Source: Sedimentisphaerales bacterium (GTDB taxonomy: Bacteria > Planctomycetota > Phycisphaerae > Sedimentisphaerales > SM23-30). Taken from it: a stretch of 64,000 bases of DNA. The DNA lies in assembly GCA_963663805.2 (NCBI GenBank), contig CAXXMR010000009.1, positions 96,001 to 160,000 of the forward strand, in the 5' to 3' direction. The translations under genes and the position numbers were made by a program. Numbering within the stretch: position 1 is the stretch's first letter; each line of letters begins with the position of its first letter. Of the stretch, positions 52,666 through 62,881 are shown in pieces. Below the pieces are notes generated by a model that saw only the letters and a list, made by a program, of their open reading frames with translations, did no database searches and was not told where the DNA came from.

Positions 52666-55556
52666 CTACAGACCAACCTGCGTTAGCCAGGTGTCAGCGA
52701 AAAGACGCAGGTCAGTAATATCCACCTTGCAGTCATCATTCAGGTCGGCTTCGCTGCCCAGACCGTAATTGATTACACTGTCATAGCAATTGTACGGGCC
52801 GATTACCGGTGGCGCAGTCTTGCTTAGGGTTACCTGCTCAATGGTGGTATAGGGTGCTTCACCGTAGATGCTGATGTAGAAGCTCTTGCCTGCTATTGAG
52901 GGACCAGCCGTGAATGAAGCCTGAGGCATCTGCCAGTGACCGCCCATTGCACCCAGTGAACCGTCGCTGGTAGCAGACGCGGTGGCTATCAGCCCGTGGT
53001 TGCCGGAAAGGTCGGTCGCACCAGGCTCTACCCAGTACAGCTCCGCGACTATCTGAGGAGCCGGATCGGGCCAGGTCCATTCGCCGCTGTTGAAGTTGGC
53101 GGCACTGATTGCGCCAATCATATCGAGATAGTAAGTCTGACCGTTCTGGATGCTTTCCGTTGTCACTTTCTGTTCCAGACGAGGACCGCTGGTTACCGTG
53201 CTGTTACCAAACCATACGCTGACTCTGCCCTGGGCCGGCTGAGGGGACGGAGCCCACAACATACACTGGAAACCGGCGTATTCGTTTGTTCCCATAGACG
53301 CAAACTTCCAGCCCACGGGATAATCAGAACTGCTGACGAAAGAGGTATAACCGTCATCGGTATGAAGGTTCAGATAGTCTTCCAGAGCCAGAGAACTAAT
53401 ATCCTCAAAGTCGCCGTTGCTGAGCAGATTATCACGAGGCCAGTCGGCAGGCTCAACCGTGGTTAATGACGCGTGACCAATTAGACCAAGCCCGCTGTCG
53501 CCGGAAAATTCAGTTGTCCCGAATGTACAATTCACGCGGAGGTATTGGCCTGCCGCCGAAGCGTCAGCGGTGTACTCAGTAGTCAGACGACGCCAGATGG
53601 TGTTTTTCGGAATGACAAACTGCTGGCTCGAAATTTCAACTACAGAGGTCGGATTCACCGGGGTATTTACTCTCTCCAGTGTTACCGTAACAATGTTTAG
53701 ATACGCTTCGGCAGTGCCCGCGACCATCGCCGAAAGATAATAAGTCTGGCCGCTGACAACCGCACCAGAAGAAACCGTCTGAGTTAGTACGTCGTTGGGT
53801 TCGAGAAATACCGCTACCGAGCCGCCCGCTGGTTGCGTACCGTAAGTATGGGCTTTTCCAGATTCGCTCAGGTTCCATATCCCCGCCGTGCCGCCCGTGC
53901 TGATATATTGCCAGCCGGTAGGAGCGGAATTGTCTGAATCATTGTAGTTGGGAACCAGGTCTATGTCCGCGTAAAAATCAGGGTTCGTTAGCAATTGACC
54001 TGACGCCGACATCGGCTCAGGTGAATTCGACATCCCCCAGTCCTGACCCACAGTCTGATAGTCCGGTAGGTTGACGATACAGTCTTGGTTGAAGTCGTTG
54101 GTCAGGCCGGAGTAGCCGTCATTGTAGTCTTTCCAGGCGTCGCAGTCCGCGAAACTTTCAGCGTTGATGCGAGCGAAATCGAAGTAAGCGAACGCCGTCC
54201 CACGACCATTGCCGATGTTCTGCTCAACGTAGCATACCAGCTTGAAGCTTTGGCCGTCATGAGCGGCAGAAGGGGTATAAGACCATTCCAGGTCGTTCCA
54301 GGTTTCATTTGCCGTGATAGTGGTATTGAGATCCTGGAGAAGAGTCAGGTTTTCTGATTCATCGACAGCATAATATTTAACACCGATAATATTGCCAATG
54401 GCATCGACACCGCCCACACGGGCGACAAATCTATAGCCGATACCCTCATTGATTGTACGTCTGATGACGGTTTGGGTAATCTGGTCACCTACAGTACAAA
54501 AGCCGGCGTATTCGATAGAGGTATTGTCACCATCCCACAGGCCGGCGTTTACAATACCGTGCCAGTCTCCATTATCAAGCGTGCCTTCCATATCCCAGTT
54601 CCACAGCCCGGCATATTCGGTTCGGTTTCGCCAAAATCCAGGGGAAATGACCCTTTGGTGCCAATGAAGGACGGATCATAGACAAAATCGATGGGATTGT
54701 CATCTTCATAGGTCATGACAACCTCTTTCCAGGGCCCCGAAAAATCACCGGTCATGATCGTGGCTATCTGAGTGCTGTCCAGTGTTTCGTTGAAGATGGC
54801 AACGTCGTCAAGGGCACCAATGAAGTAATCTTTTTCGTAATCGGTCTGTCTCCCAAAACGCAGATATTCCCAGGTATCAAAAGTGTCGGGTAATAATTCA
54901 CTGGCGACCGGAACCGAGGACTGTAGGGAACCGTTGACGTATTTCTTCAGGGTCGCACCGTCATAAGTTATGGCCATGTGATACCACGAGCCGACCGCCT
55001 GAGTGGCGCCTATGGCTTGGCAGAATGCGCCTGTAGCTCCACCGGTATAGTGGGGCCAAAAGTAGTCGTACATCCAACTGGGGACACCAAGCTCAACTTC
55101 GTAGGCCGGACAGGAGATAACTCGCTGATAACCGCCGCCACCGCCAATGTTGATGGACGGATCGTTGACGTATTGTTTAATCCATACCGCGATGGTCCAG
55201 TTTAGGCCCAGATTCGCCAGAGTCTCGGTCTGGGCGACGTAAACATAATTCCAGTTAGTGTTTTGGGCATCGGGCAATGAGCCGTCAGGCATGGACGAGA
55301 ACTCAAGGGCGTAGCTGCCGTTTTTCCCGGTAATCCAGCGGGGGTTACTGCTGGGGGTGGTAACCCCGGCGACTTTGCCGTCGGGTGCTGCCCATAATCC
55401 GCCGTCGTGGGCAAAGCCTGAACTGTCTGAAGCAACATCGCCGCTGCCTTCTTCAAACTGCCACAGGCCGACGATATCTGCCGGCACCTGAGCGACACCA
55501 AGGAAAAGCAGGGCCATGGCCGCGGCTAAAATGAAAGTGATACGTTTGTTACTCAT
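52666..55556 (-). CDS. Secreted LamG + repeated CBM-like + dockerin protein; frameshift at ~54620-54680
   Basis: GLWQFEEGSG...FIGALDDVAIFN; LL.N.DF modules; DFNQDCIVNLPD and DLNDDCKVDITDL..F...WL dockerins. Confidence 0.8.
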
Positions 55557-56031
55557 CGTGTCCTCCAAATCTGTGAAATTTTTCAAAAAAATTCAAAAAA
55601 ACGACTCTTTTCATCCAAAAAAACTCAAATTTTCGTCAAAAATCGTACCTCTCAGCCATCAACGCGCACATTTCAGAGCCTAAATGCTCTCCGGCAAAGT
55701 CTCAATACCTGCCTTTTTCGCCCTAGTTACAGGACGTTTAATAGTTAAAACTCTCAAGATATTGTTTTTCTCTAAGTGCCGTGTGAACTGTCATATACAA
55801 CTCCACTTACTCCATTCTATTCATTTATCGACTAGATGGAATGGTTGATACTCTCAAAATAATGTGGAAAACTCGTGTTTTTGCGGTTTTTTTAAAAAAA
55901 CATAGCTAAAAGTCTCGATTCTTAAAAAATATTTTTAGCGAAAAATAGGCTTGTTTTTGATATATTATGCGTTAATATGCTGTTATGTTGATTATTTAAT
56001 TTGTTTGCGACCACTATTGAATTTCAAAAAC

Positions 56032-56943
56032 ATGGGAAAAAGTCTTAAATATCTCGCAGACAACCTTATTATGTCGCCCGAGTTCGACAGACGCCAGCTC
56101 CACCTCTCCGCCACCGACGCCGCCCCCCTCCGCGAACGAGGCGTAATTCTTTGCGCAACTTGTGAAATACACGATGTTTGCGAAGTGGACCGGCGGGATC
56201 CGAGTGTGCATGTACTGATATTTTCACTGGCCGGCCAGTCACGGCTCCAGACCGGTGAAACTCCACGCAAAGGTACTCTGATAGCTCCGGGTGATGTGGT
56301 GATTCTGCCGGCCCACCATTCCCACTATTACAAAATGGAAGGCAGTATCTGGAAGGCTATCTGGTTTTACCTGGAAGATTCTGAGCAGTGGAGCCCCTTG
56401 CGGGAGCATGAGCCCAAGATTCGTAAGTCTATTACCAGCGAGGAATTGAGTGCGGCATTTGACGGTTACTGGTCCGAATCGTTGCGTAATGAGGCGCGGG
56501 CTCGGTTGGCGGGTAAGCATTATGCTGAGATAATCGGACTGAATATCGAGCGTGAGCTGGATATGGAAGAAAGTGTCCATAACAAACAGATGCGCCAGCG
56601 TTTATACAAGCTGTGGGATACGGTGGGGGCTAATCTGGGTCGCAACTGGACGGTAGCTGATTTGGCTGAGGAAATCGGAGTTTCGTCGCAGCATTTATTC
56701 CGGGTGAGCGTGCGTTTTTCCGGGCATAAACCCATGGAAATGGTCACCCGCCTGCGTATGCAGCAGGCTCAGGAACTGCTTATGAATACTGACCATATGG
56801 TGAAATCTATCGCTCGTCTTTTGGGTTATTCTGATTCGTTTTGCTTTTCGGCGGCATTCAAACGCTACTACGGATGCAGCCCGCGTGATTATCGTAACCG
56901 GCGAATGGAGCCGATAGGCGGCCCGCAATCGCCAAACAGGTAA
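56032..56943 (+). CDS. AraC family transcriptional regulator
   Basis: WTVADLA...RLRMQQAQELL...LGYSD...FSAAFKRYYGCSPRDYR. Confidence 0.92.
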   Translation: MGKSLKYLADNLIMSPEFDRRQLHLSATDAAPLRERGVILCATCEIHDVCEVDRRDPSVHVLIFSLAGQSRLQTGETPRKGTLIAPGDVVILPAHHSHYYKMEGSIWKAIWFYLEDSEQWSPLREHEPKIRKSITSEELSAAFDGYWSESLRNEARARLAGKHYAEIIGLNIERELDMEESVHNKQMRQRLYKLWDTVGANLGRNWTVADLAEEIGVSSQHLFRVSVRFSGHKPMEMVTRLRMQQAQELLMNTDHMVKSIARLLGYSDSFCFSAAFKRYYGCSPRDYRNRRMEPIGGPQSPNR

Positions 56944-56967
56944 GACTACTTTTACAGGAGATTTTTA

Positions 56968-58996
56968 ATGAAAAATTTTCGAGTATTTTCGTTGTTGGCC
57001 GTTCTGTCAATTTTTTTACTGGTAGTACCGGCAATCGGTGCGGCAGAGTACAGCTATGTTGACATTGTAAATATGTTGACTGATACGGAACGCTTGGCGG
57101 TTTTGCCTGCTGATGGTGAAATTTGCGCTCAATGGTCCAGTTATGACCGGCGGAGTCGTTATGATGCTGAAAAAGATAAATATATTCACTGGGATGCCAA
57201 TGGTGACGGGGACGGCTATGGCGGGGTAAGCGACAAGAGGACCAAAGACGGCAGATTGATAATGGCTGAGATTGATGGGCCGGGTGTTATCTGGCGAATC
57301 TGGTCGGCGACGACAAAGAAGGGGAATGTTAGCATTTATCTGGATGGTTCTGATGTGCCGGCGGTGGATTTGCCGTTTGAGGGGTATTTCAATCACGAAA
57401 ACGAACCTTTCACGCGCAAGACGCTGGTGCATATCGCTGCGCAGGGTAAGAATTGCTATGTGCCGATCTCTTTTGGCAAGTCCTGTAAGGTGGTTGGCGA
57501 CAGGGGATTACGGCCAATACTACGAGTTTGTTTATTCAAAGTTTCCGGCAGGTACCAAGGTTGAAACTTTCTCGCGTGATTTGACGGATGAGCAGAGTGC
57601 GGCACTGGATATGGCTGATATGCTTTTGTCTAACTGTGATGCGGGCATGTTCGCTAAAGGTAAAAAATATTCTGTTACAGAAATACTAACCGCTGGTGAA
57701 AGTACGGAGCTTTTGAGCTTGTCGGGTTCCGGTGCTATTAATTCATTGCAGGTTAAGATTGATGTGCCGGCTGATTTACAGGCCCAGCGTGATATGCTGC
57801 GGGAACTGGTATTGGAGATTAGGTGGGACTGGCAAAACGAAGCGGCGGTTTGGGTTCCTCTGGGTGATTTTTTTGGTACGGCACCGGGTGTGAATTTGTA
57901 TAAGTCGCTGCCGTTGGGTATGACCGTGGATGGATTCTATTGTAACTGGTTCATGCCGTATAGTGATGGTGCGACAATTTCGGTAATCAACGACGGGGCG
58001 GTTGATAGAGAAATTTTCCTGGAAGTTTCGGCGAGTGCGTTAGATCGGCCAGCAAGTGATTACGGCAGATTTCACGCCAAATGGCACCGGGACGCATTTC
58101 TGCCGCAGGAACCGGAAAGGTGGATTGACTGGACGATTCTGAAGACCAAGGGGCAGGGTCGTTTTTGCGGGGTGGAGTTGAACATCTGGAACCCGCGGGG
58201 CGGCTGGTGGGGTGAAGGTGACGAGAAATTCCACGTTGACGGTGAGAAGTTCCCCTCGACTTTCGGGACTGGTTCGGAAGACTATTTCGGCTATGCCTGG
58301 TGTGACTGGAATTTATTTACTAACTGCTACCATAATCAGACTATCAGCAACTATAACAAAGGCCATATTTCGGTTAATCGCTGGCATATAGTTGATAATA
58401 TTCCTTTCCAGAAGTCGTTTGACGGCTATATCGAGAAATATTACGGCAATGACCGTCCGACTCAATATTCGGCGACCGCGTACTGGTATTTGGATTCGCG
58501 GGGTGAAGATGCTTATGGGCCGGTGAGTCTGTCTGAACGTCGCGATTATTATACGCCGCTGACTTTTCCACTGAATTTAGCAGGTATTGTCGTGCTGGAA
58601 AGTCCGGACGGTGCTGTTGAAGCTCAAGGTATGGGTTCGTTCAAGCAGAGTAAATGGCGTGATGGTGAACAGCTCTGGTGGACAGCGGAGAGGCCGGGAC
58701 GGGAACTGAAGATTCTGGTGGATATTAAGAGCACGGGGAACTATGAGCTGAAAACAAGACTGACAAAGGCAGTTGATTATGGTATTGTCTCGTTCGCGCT
58801 CGACGGCAAGGCCCTCGCAGGTGAATATGATTTGTACCATAAAGACGGTGTAACCTCTACCGATGAAATCGTAATCGCTTCTTCTAATCTTGAGGCCGGC
58901 CAGCATGTTTTGACGGTTAAGATGTTAGGCCAAAATCCGCAGGCTGTTGGTCCGTATATGTTCGGTATGGATTATCTGGATATAGTTAAGAAGTGA
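56968..58996 (+). CDS. Secreted DUF2961 / GH172-family glycosidase; frameshift at GGGG 57503-57506
   Basis: SSYDR, GPGVIWRIW, VPLGDFFG, WWGEGDEKF.VDGE..PS..GTGSEDYF. Confidence 0.88.
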
Positions 58997-59019
58997 GTTA
59001 GTAATTGGCGAGGTTAATT

Positions 59020-60332
59020 ATGTTTGACAGTAAAATCAACAGGCGTGGTTTTCTCAAGGCTGGTTCCGGTGTTGCGCTGGGGTTGGCTTTGGGTGATAAT
59101 CTCTGGGCGGCAGGCAAGCCGCTGGAGCAGGTGCGGATAGGCATTGTGGGGGTGGGTGTACGCGGTACGGAGTTTGTTAATATTCTGCTGAATCTCAAAG
59201 GAAACGTCATTAAGGCGATCGGTGATATTTCCGAGGGTAACGCCAAGCGCGCCCAGAAGCTGGTTAAAGACGCTGGTTTTCCTGAGCCAGCTTTATATTG
59301 TCGTGGCGAAAAAGATTATGAGCGAATGTGCGAGAACGAAGATCTTGACCTGGTGATCGCGGCGGTGCCGGTGGACTGGCATGTTCCTGTTTGCGTTTCA
59401 GCGATGAAAAACGGCAAGCATTCGGCGACTGAGGTGCACGCGACTTATGATCTGGATGAATGCTGGGAGCTGGTTGAGGCGGCTGAGAAATATAACAAGC
59501 AGTGCGGTCTGCTGGAGAATTATTGTTATTTTTATAATGTGCTGATGATTCTCAAATGGCGCGGGCGGGTCTGCTGGGTGATTTGGTGCATTGTGAGGCG
59601 GGGTATCAGCATGATGTCCGTAACGTTCGTTTTGGCGGTGATGGTTCGCTTTTGTGGCGTGCCAAGGATATGCTGACGCATAACGGCAATCTTTATCCGA
59701 CGCATGCGATAGGGCCGGTGGCTCAGTGGCTGAACATCAATCGGGGCGACAAATTTGATTATCTGGTCTCGATGAGCAGTCGCAGCAGCGGCATGAATGT
59801 TTACGCTTCGGAACATTGGGGCCAGGAGCATCCTTCGGCGAAGCAGGTTTATACGCAAGGTGACATGAGCTGTACGATGATTCGCACAGCCAATGGAGCG
59901 ACAGTGACGCTTTATTTTGACGCACAGTTGCCGCGGCCTTTCGATATGATTTATCGGGTGCAGGGCACCAAGGGGATTTATATGGGTCGGACGGATGAAA
60001 TTTACGTCGAAGGTCGCAGTCCGAATTATGAAGAGTGGGAACCGGCTCAGAATTACTATAAAGAGTATGAGCATCCGCTGTGGACCGTGTTGGGTGATAA
60101 GGCCCGCCGATGGGCACATGGCGGGGCGGATTACATAATGATGTATCGTCTGGTGGAGGCGTTCCGTAAAGGCGAGCAATTTGAAATGGATGTTTATGAC
60201 GCGGCCACCTGGAGCGTTATAAGTCCATTGAGTGAACAATCGGTTGCGAATAGGAGTAAGGCGGTTGATTTCCCTGACTTTACTCGTGGCAAATGGAAAT
60301 CAAACGTACCAGTGGGAATAATTGAAGCATGA
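59020..60332 (+). CDS. Tat-exported Gfo/Idh/MocA protein, GH109 (alpha-N-acetylgalactosaminidase-like); frameshift at AAA 59554-59556
   Basis: NRRGFLK; GVGVRG; H.ATEV; LENYCY; Y.HD.R; GNLYPTHAIGPVAQ; HGGAD; FPDFTRG.W. Confidence 0.88.
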
Positions 60333-61423
60333 AAAAGAGTATTTGTGTTATCGGTGCGGGCAACGGCGGTTCAGCCATTGCCGGTGATATGAGTCTGGCC
60401 GGCCATGAATGCCGCCTGTTTGAGTTTCCGGAATATCGCAAGAATATTGACCCGGTAATCTCCAGCGGCGGTATTGAAGTAACGGGTATCGCCCGAACGG
60501 GTTTTGCCAAAGTTGCTTTGGCGACGACGGAACTAGCCGCGGCGGTTCGTTCAGCTGATGTTGTGATGGTGACGACTCAGGCTTTGGCGCACGAACGTCT
60601 GGCCCGTGAACTGGCACCATGTTTGGAAGATGGTCAGGCGGTTATCCTGTGGCCGGGCAGCGGCGGTACTTTGGTTTTCAGGAAAGTCTGGGACGAAATT
60701 GGTTTCGGTAAAGATGTGGTTATCGCTGAAGGTGTGACTTTTCCCTATTGCTGCCGCTGTCTGAACGGACCGGGCACGGTAAATATTCATCGTGTTGACG
60801 GTCCTAACATGCTGTTGGCGGCTCTGCCGGCATCGGATACGCACAGGGCGGTGGTAGCTCTGGAGGGGACCTATGCTGACCAGATAAAGCCTGCGCGGAG
60901 TATCCTGGAGCCGGCCTTGTATAATGTGAATATTATTGTGCATCCGGTGGGGGCACTGCTGAATATGGGCCGTATCGAGTTTAGCAAGGGTGAGTTTTAC
61001 ATGTACAAGGAAGGCATTACTCCTTCGGTCAAGAAGGTTTGTCTGGCGATGGACGCGGAGCGTTCGGCTTTGTTCAGTAAGCTGGGTTATAAACCTTACA
61101 CCTATGATGAGATATTTACAGATTGTTTCAATATGACTTTCCCTGAATTTGCCAAGACCTCCAGCAAGGGTCCGTTCAGTATGCAGGACCGCTATGTGAC
61201 CGAGGATATTCCGATGGGTACTTCGCTGACGGTTTCACTGGCCCGCAAGGCCGGTATAGCTACGCCGACTTATGATACCATGATTCATCTGGCGTCGGTG
61301 GTAAACGATACAGATTTTTATCCGGGCGGCAGAACGCTGGAGAATCTTGGTTTGTCGCATCTGACTTTGGAAGAATTTGAGACTTATCTGCAGACCGGTC
61401 GCAAACCAGCAGCAGTGATGTAA
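60329..61423 (+). CDS. NAD/NADP octopine/nopaline (opine) dehydrogenase family protein
   Basis: VIGAGNGG, PGSGG, N.N.IVHP, FYMYKEG, D.ER, RYVTEDIP, GRTLE.LGL. Confidence 0.9.
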   Translation: MKKSICVIGAGNGGSAIAGDMSLAGHECRLFEFPEYRKNIDPVISSGGIEVTGIARTGFAKVALATTELAAAVRSADVVMVTTQALAHERLARELAPCLEDGQAVILWPGSGGTLVFRKVWDEIGFGKDVVIAEGVTFPYCCRCLNGPGTVNIHRVDGPNMLLAALPASDTHRAVVALEGTYADQIKPARSILEPALYNVNIIVHPVGALLNMGRIEFSKGEFYMYKEGITPSVKKVCLAMDAERSALFSKLGYKPYTYDEIFTDCFNMTFPEFAKTSSKGPFSMQDRYVTEDIPMGTSLTVSLARKAGIATPTYDTMIHLASVVNDTDFYPGGRTLENLGLSHLTLEEFETYLQTGRKPAAVM

Positions 61424-61435
61424 ATTGGCAGTACA

Positions 61436-62881
61436 ATGATAAAACATCCGAAAACTTATACAAATATATTAGACGACTCCGACGTATCGCGGATACTTGA
61501 CGTGGCGTTTGATGTTCTTTCATCGAAGGGTATCTGCATCCAGTCTCGGCGGGCCTGTGAGCTACTGGCTGAGGCCGGGGCGGAGGTTGATTTTCAGAAG
61601 TTGGCTGTCAAAGTGCCTGTGCCAATGGCGGAATTGTGTCTAAAAAAGGTACCGTCATCTTTTACGCTTTATGCCCGTAATGAAGCCCACAATGTAACGG
61701 TGGGCAATGAGCAGATGCTGATCGTGCCGGGTTACGGCAGTGCTTTTGTCGCTGAAGCCAACGGTAAGCGTCGTTTGGCGGGTATTGAGGATTTTGAGCG
61801 GCTGGCATCGTGGTCCGGCCAGAGTGATGTGATTGATATTACCGGCGGGCTGCTGGTCGAGCCGAACGACATTCGCCATGAATTACGGTCTTTGGAAGTT
61901 ACGCATCGTTTGTTGAAATATTCGGACAAACCTTTCATGGGTTCGGTTTCGGGTGGCGTTGGGGCACGTGAGTCGATTAGCATAGCGCGTTTGGCCTTTA
62001 CCGATTTGGAAAAACGTCCCGCGGTGGTGGGACTGATAAATATTAACAGTCCGTTGCGTCTGGATGTTTCCATGGCTGAAGCCCTGCTGGAATATGTTCA
62101 GGCTGGCCAGCCTGTTTTGCTGACGCCAGGAATTTTGATGGGTATTACCGCGCCGGTGACGGCGGCAGGGGCTTTGGCACAGGGTTTCGCTGAGCTTATC
62201 GGCACAGCGGTGCTGACGCAGGTGGTCCGGCCGGGCAGTCCTGTGATAATTGGTTTGGGTGGGTTCGGCAGTGACCTGCGCAGCGGCGGGACGGCCTTTG
62301 GCAGTCCGGAAAACTCGCTGGCAACTTATACCGGCGCTCAGATTTCTCGTAAACTTAATATTCCTTATCGCTGTTCCGCGGCGGTTACCAGCTCCATGCT
62401 GCCGGATTGCCGCAGCGGTTACGAACGTATGATGACGGCAATGGCGGCTTTTAATAGTGGTGTGCATTTCTGTTTGCAGGCGGCGGGCATTCTCGATTCA
62501 ATTAACGCCATGAGCTTTGAACAGTACATGATAGACTTGGAAATCTGGGGTTATATCAAACGCCTTTCCGACGGCGTTAGGGTCGATGACGAAACTCTGG
62601 CGCTAGACCTGATTAAGGCCAATAACGGTGGCGACTATCTTTCGTTAAGTCACACCATCGAGCATATGCGCCGCGAGATATACGCTCCGACTCTTTTTGG
62701 GCCGGAAAGCTATGAAAGCTGGTGGGCTGGTGCCGGCAGAGATGTTCTGACTCGTGCCTCAGAGAATCTTCGCAAACTGCAAAGCCGTCCCTGTGACGCG
62801 GTAAACGGCAACGGCTTGTGTAAAGAGTTGGATAAATATGTCCAGTCGCGGCGGCAGGAAATTGAGGGTAAGCTCAAGTAG
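61436..62881 (+). CDS. mttB: Trimethylamine methyltransferase (MttB superfamily), non-pyrrolysine
   Basis: PSSFTLYARN, SDKPFMG, NINSPL, GITAPVT.AG, RPGSPV, D...GYE; no in-frame TAG. Confidence 0.9.
   Translation: MIKHPKTYTNILDDSDVSRILDVAFDVLSSKGICIQSRRACELLAEAGAEVDFQKLAVKVPVPMAELCLKKVPSSFTLYARNEAHNVTVGNEQMLIVPGYGSAFVAEANGKRRLAGIEDFERLASWSGQSDVIDITGGLLVEPNDIRHELRSLEVTHRLLKYSDKPFMGSVSGGVGARESISIARLAFTDLEKRPAVVGLININSPLRLDVSMAEALLEYVQAGQPVLLTPGILMGITAPVTAAGALAQGFAELIGTAVLTQVVRPGSPVIIGLGGFGSDLRSGGTAFGSPENSLATYTGAQISRKLNIPYRCSAAVTSSMLPDCRSGYERMMTAMAAFNSGVHFCLQAAGILDSINAMSFEQYMIDLEIWGYIKRLSDGVRVDDETLALDLIKANNGGDYLSLSHTIEHMRREIYAPTLFGPESYESWWAGAGRDVLTRASENLRKLQSRPCDAVNGNGLCKELDKYVQSRRQEIEGKLK

Noticed and set aside
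61436..62881. Pyrrolysine recoding in MttB
   Set aside because: ORF is uninterrupted; the only in-frame TAG is the terminal stop; no pyl genes seen.
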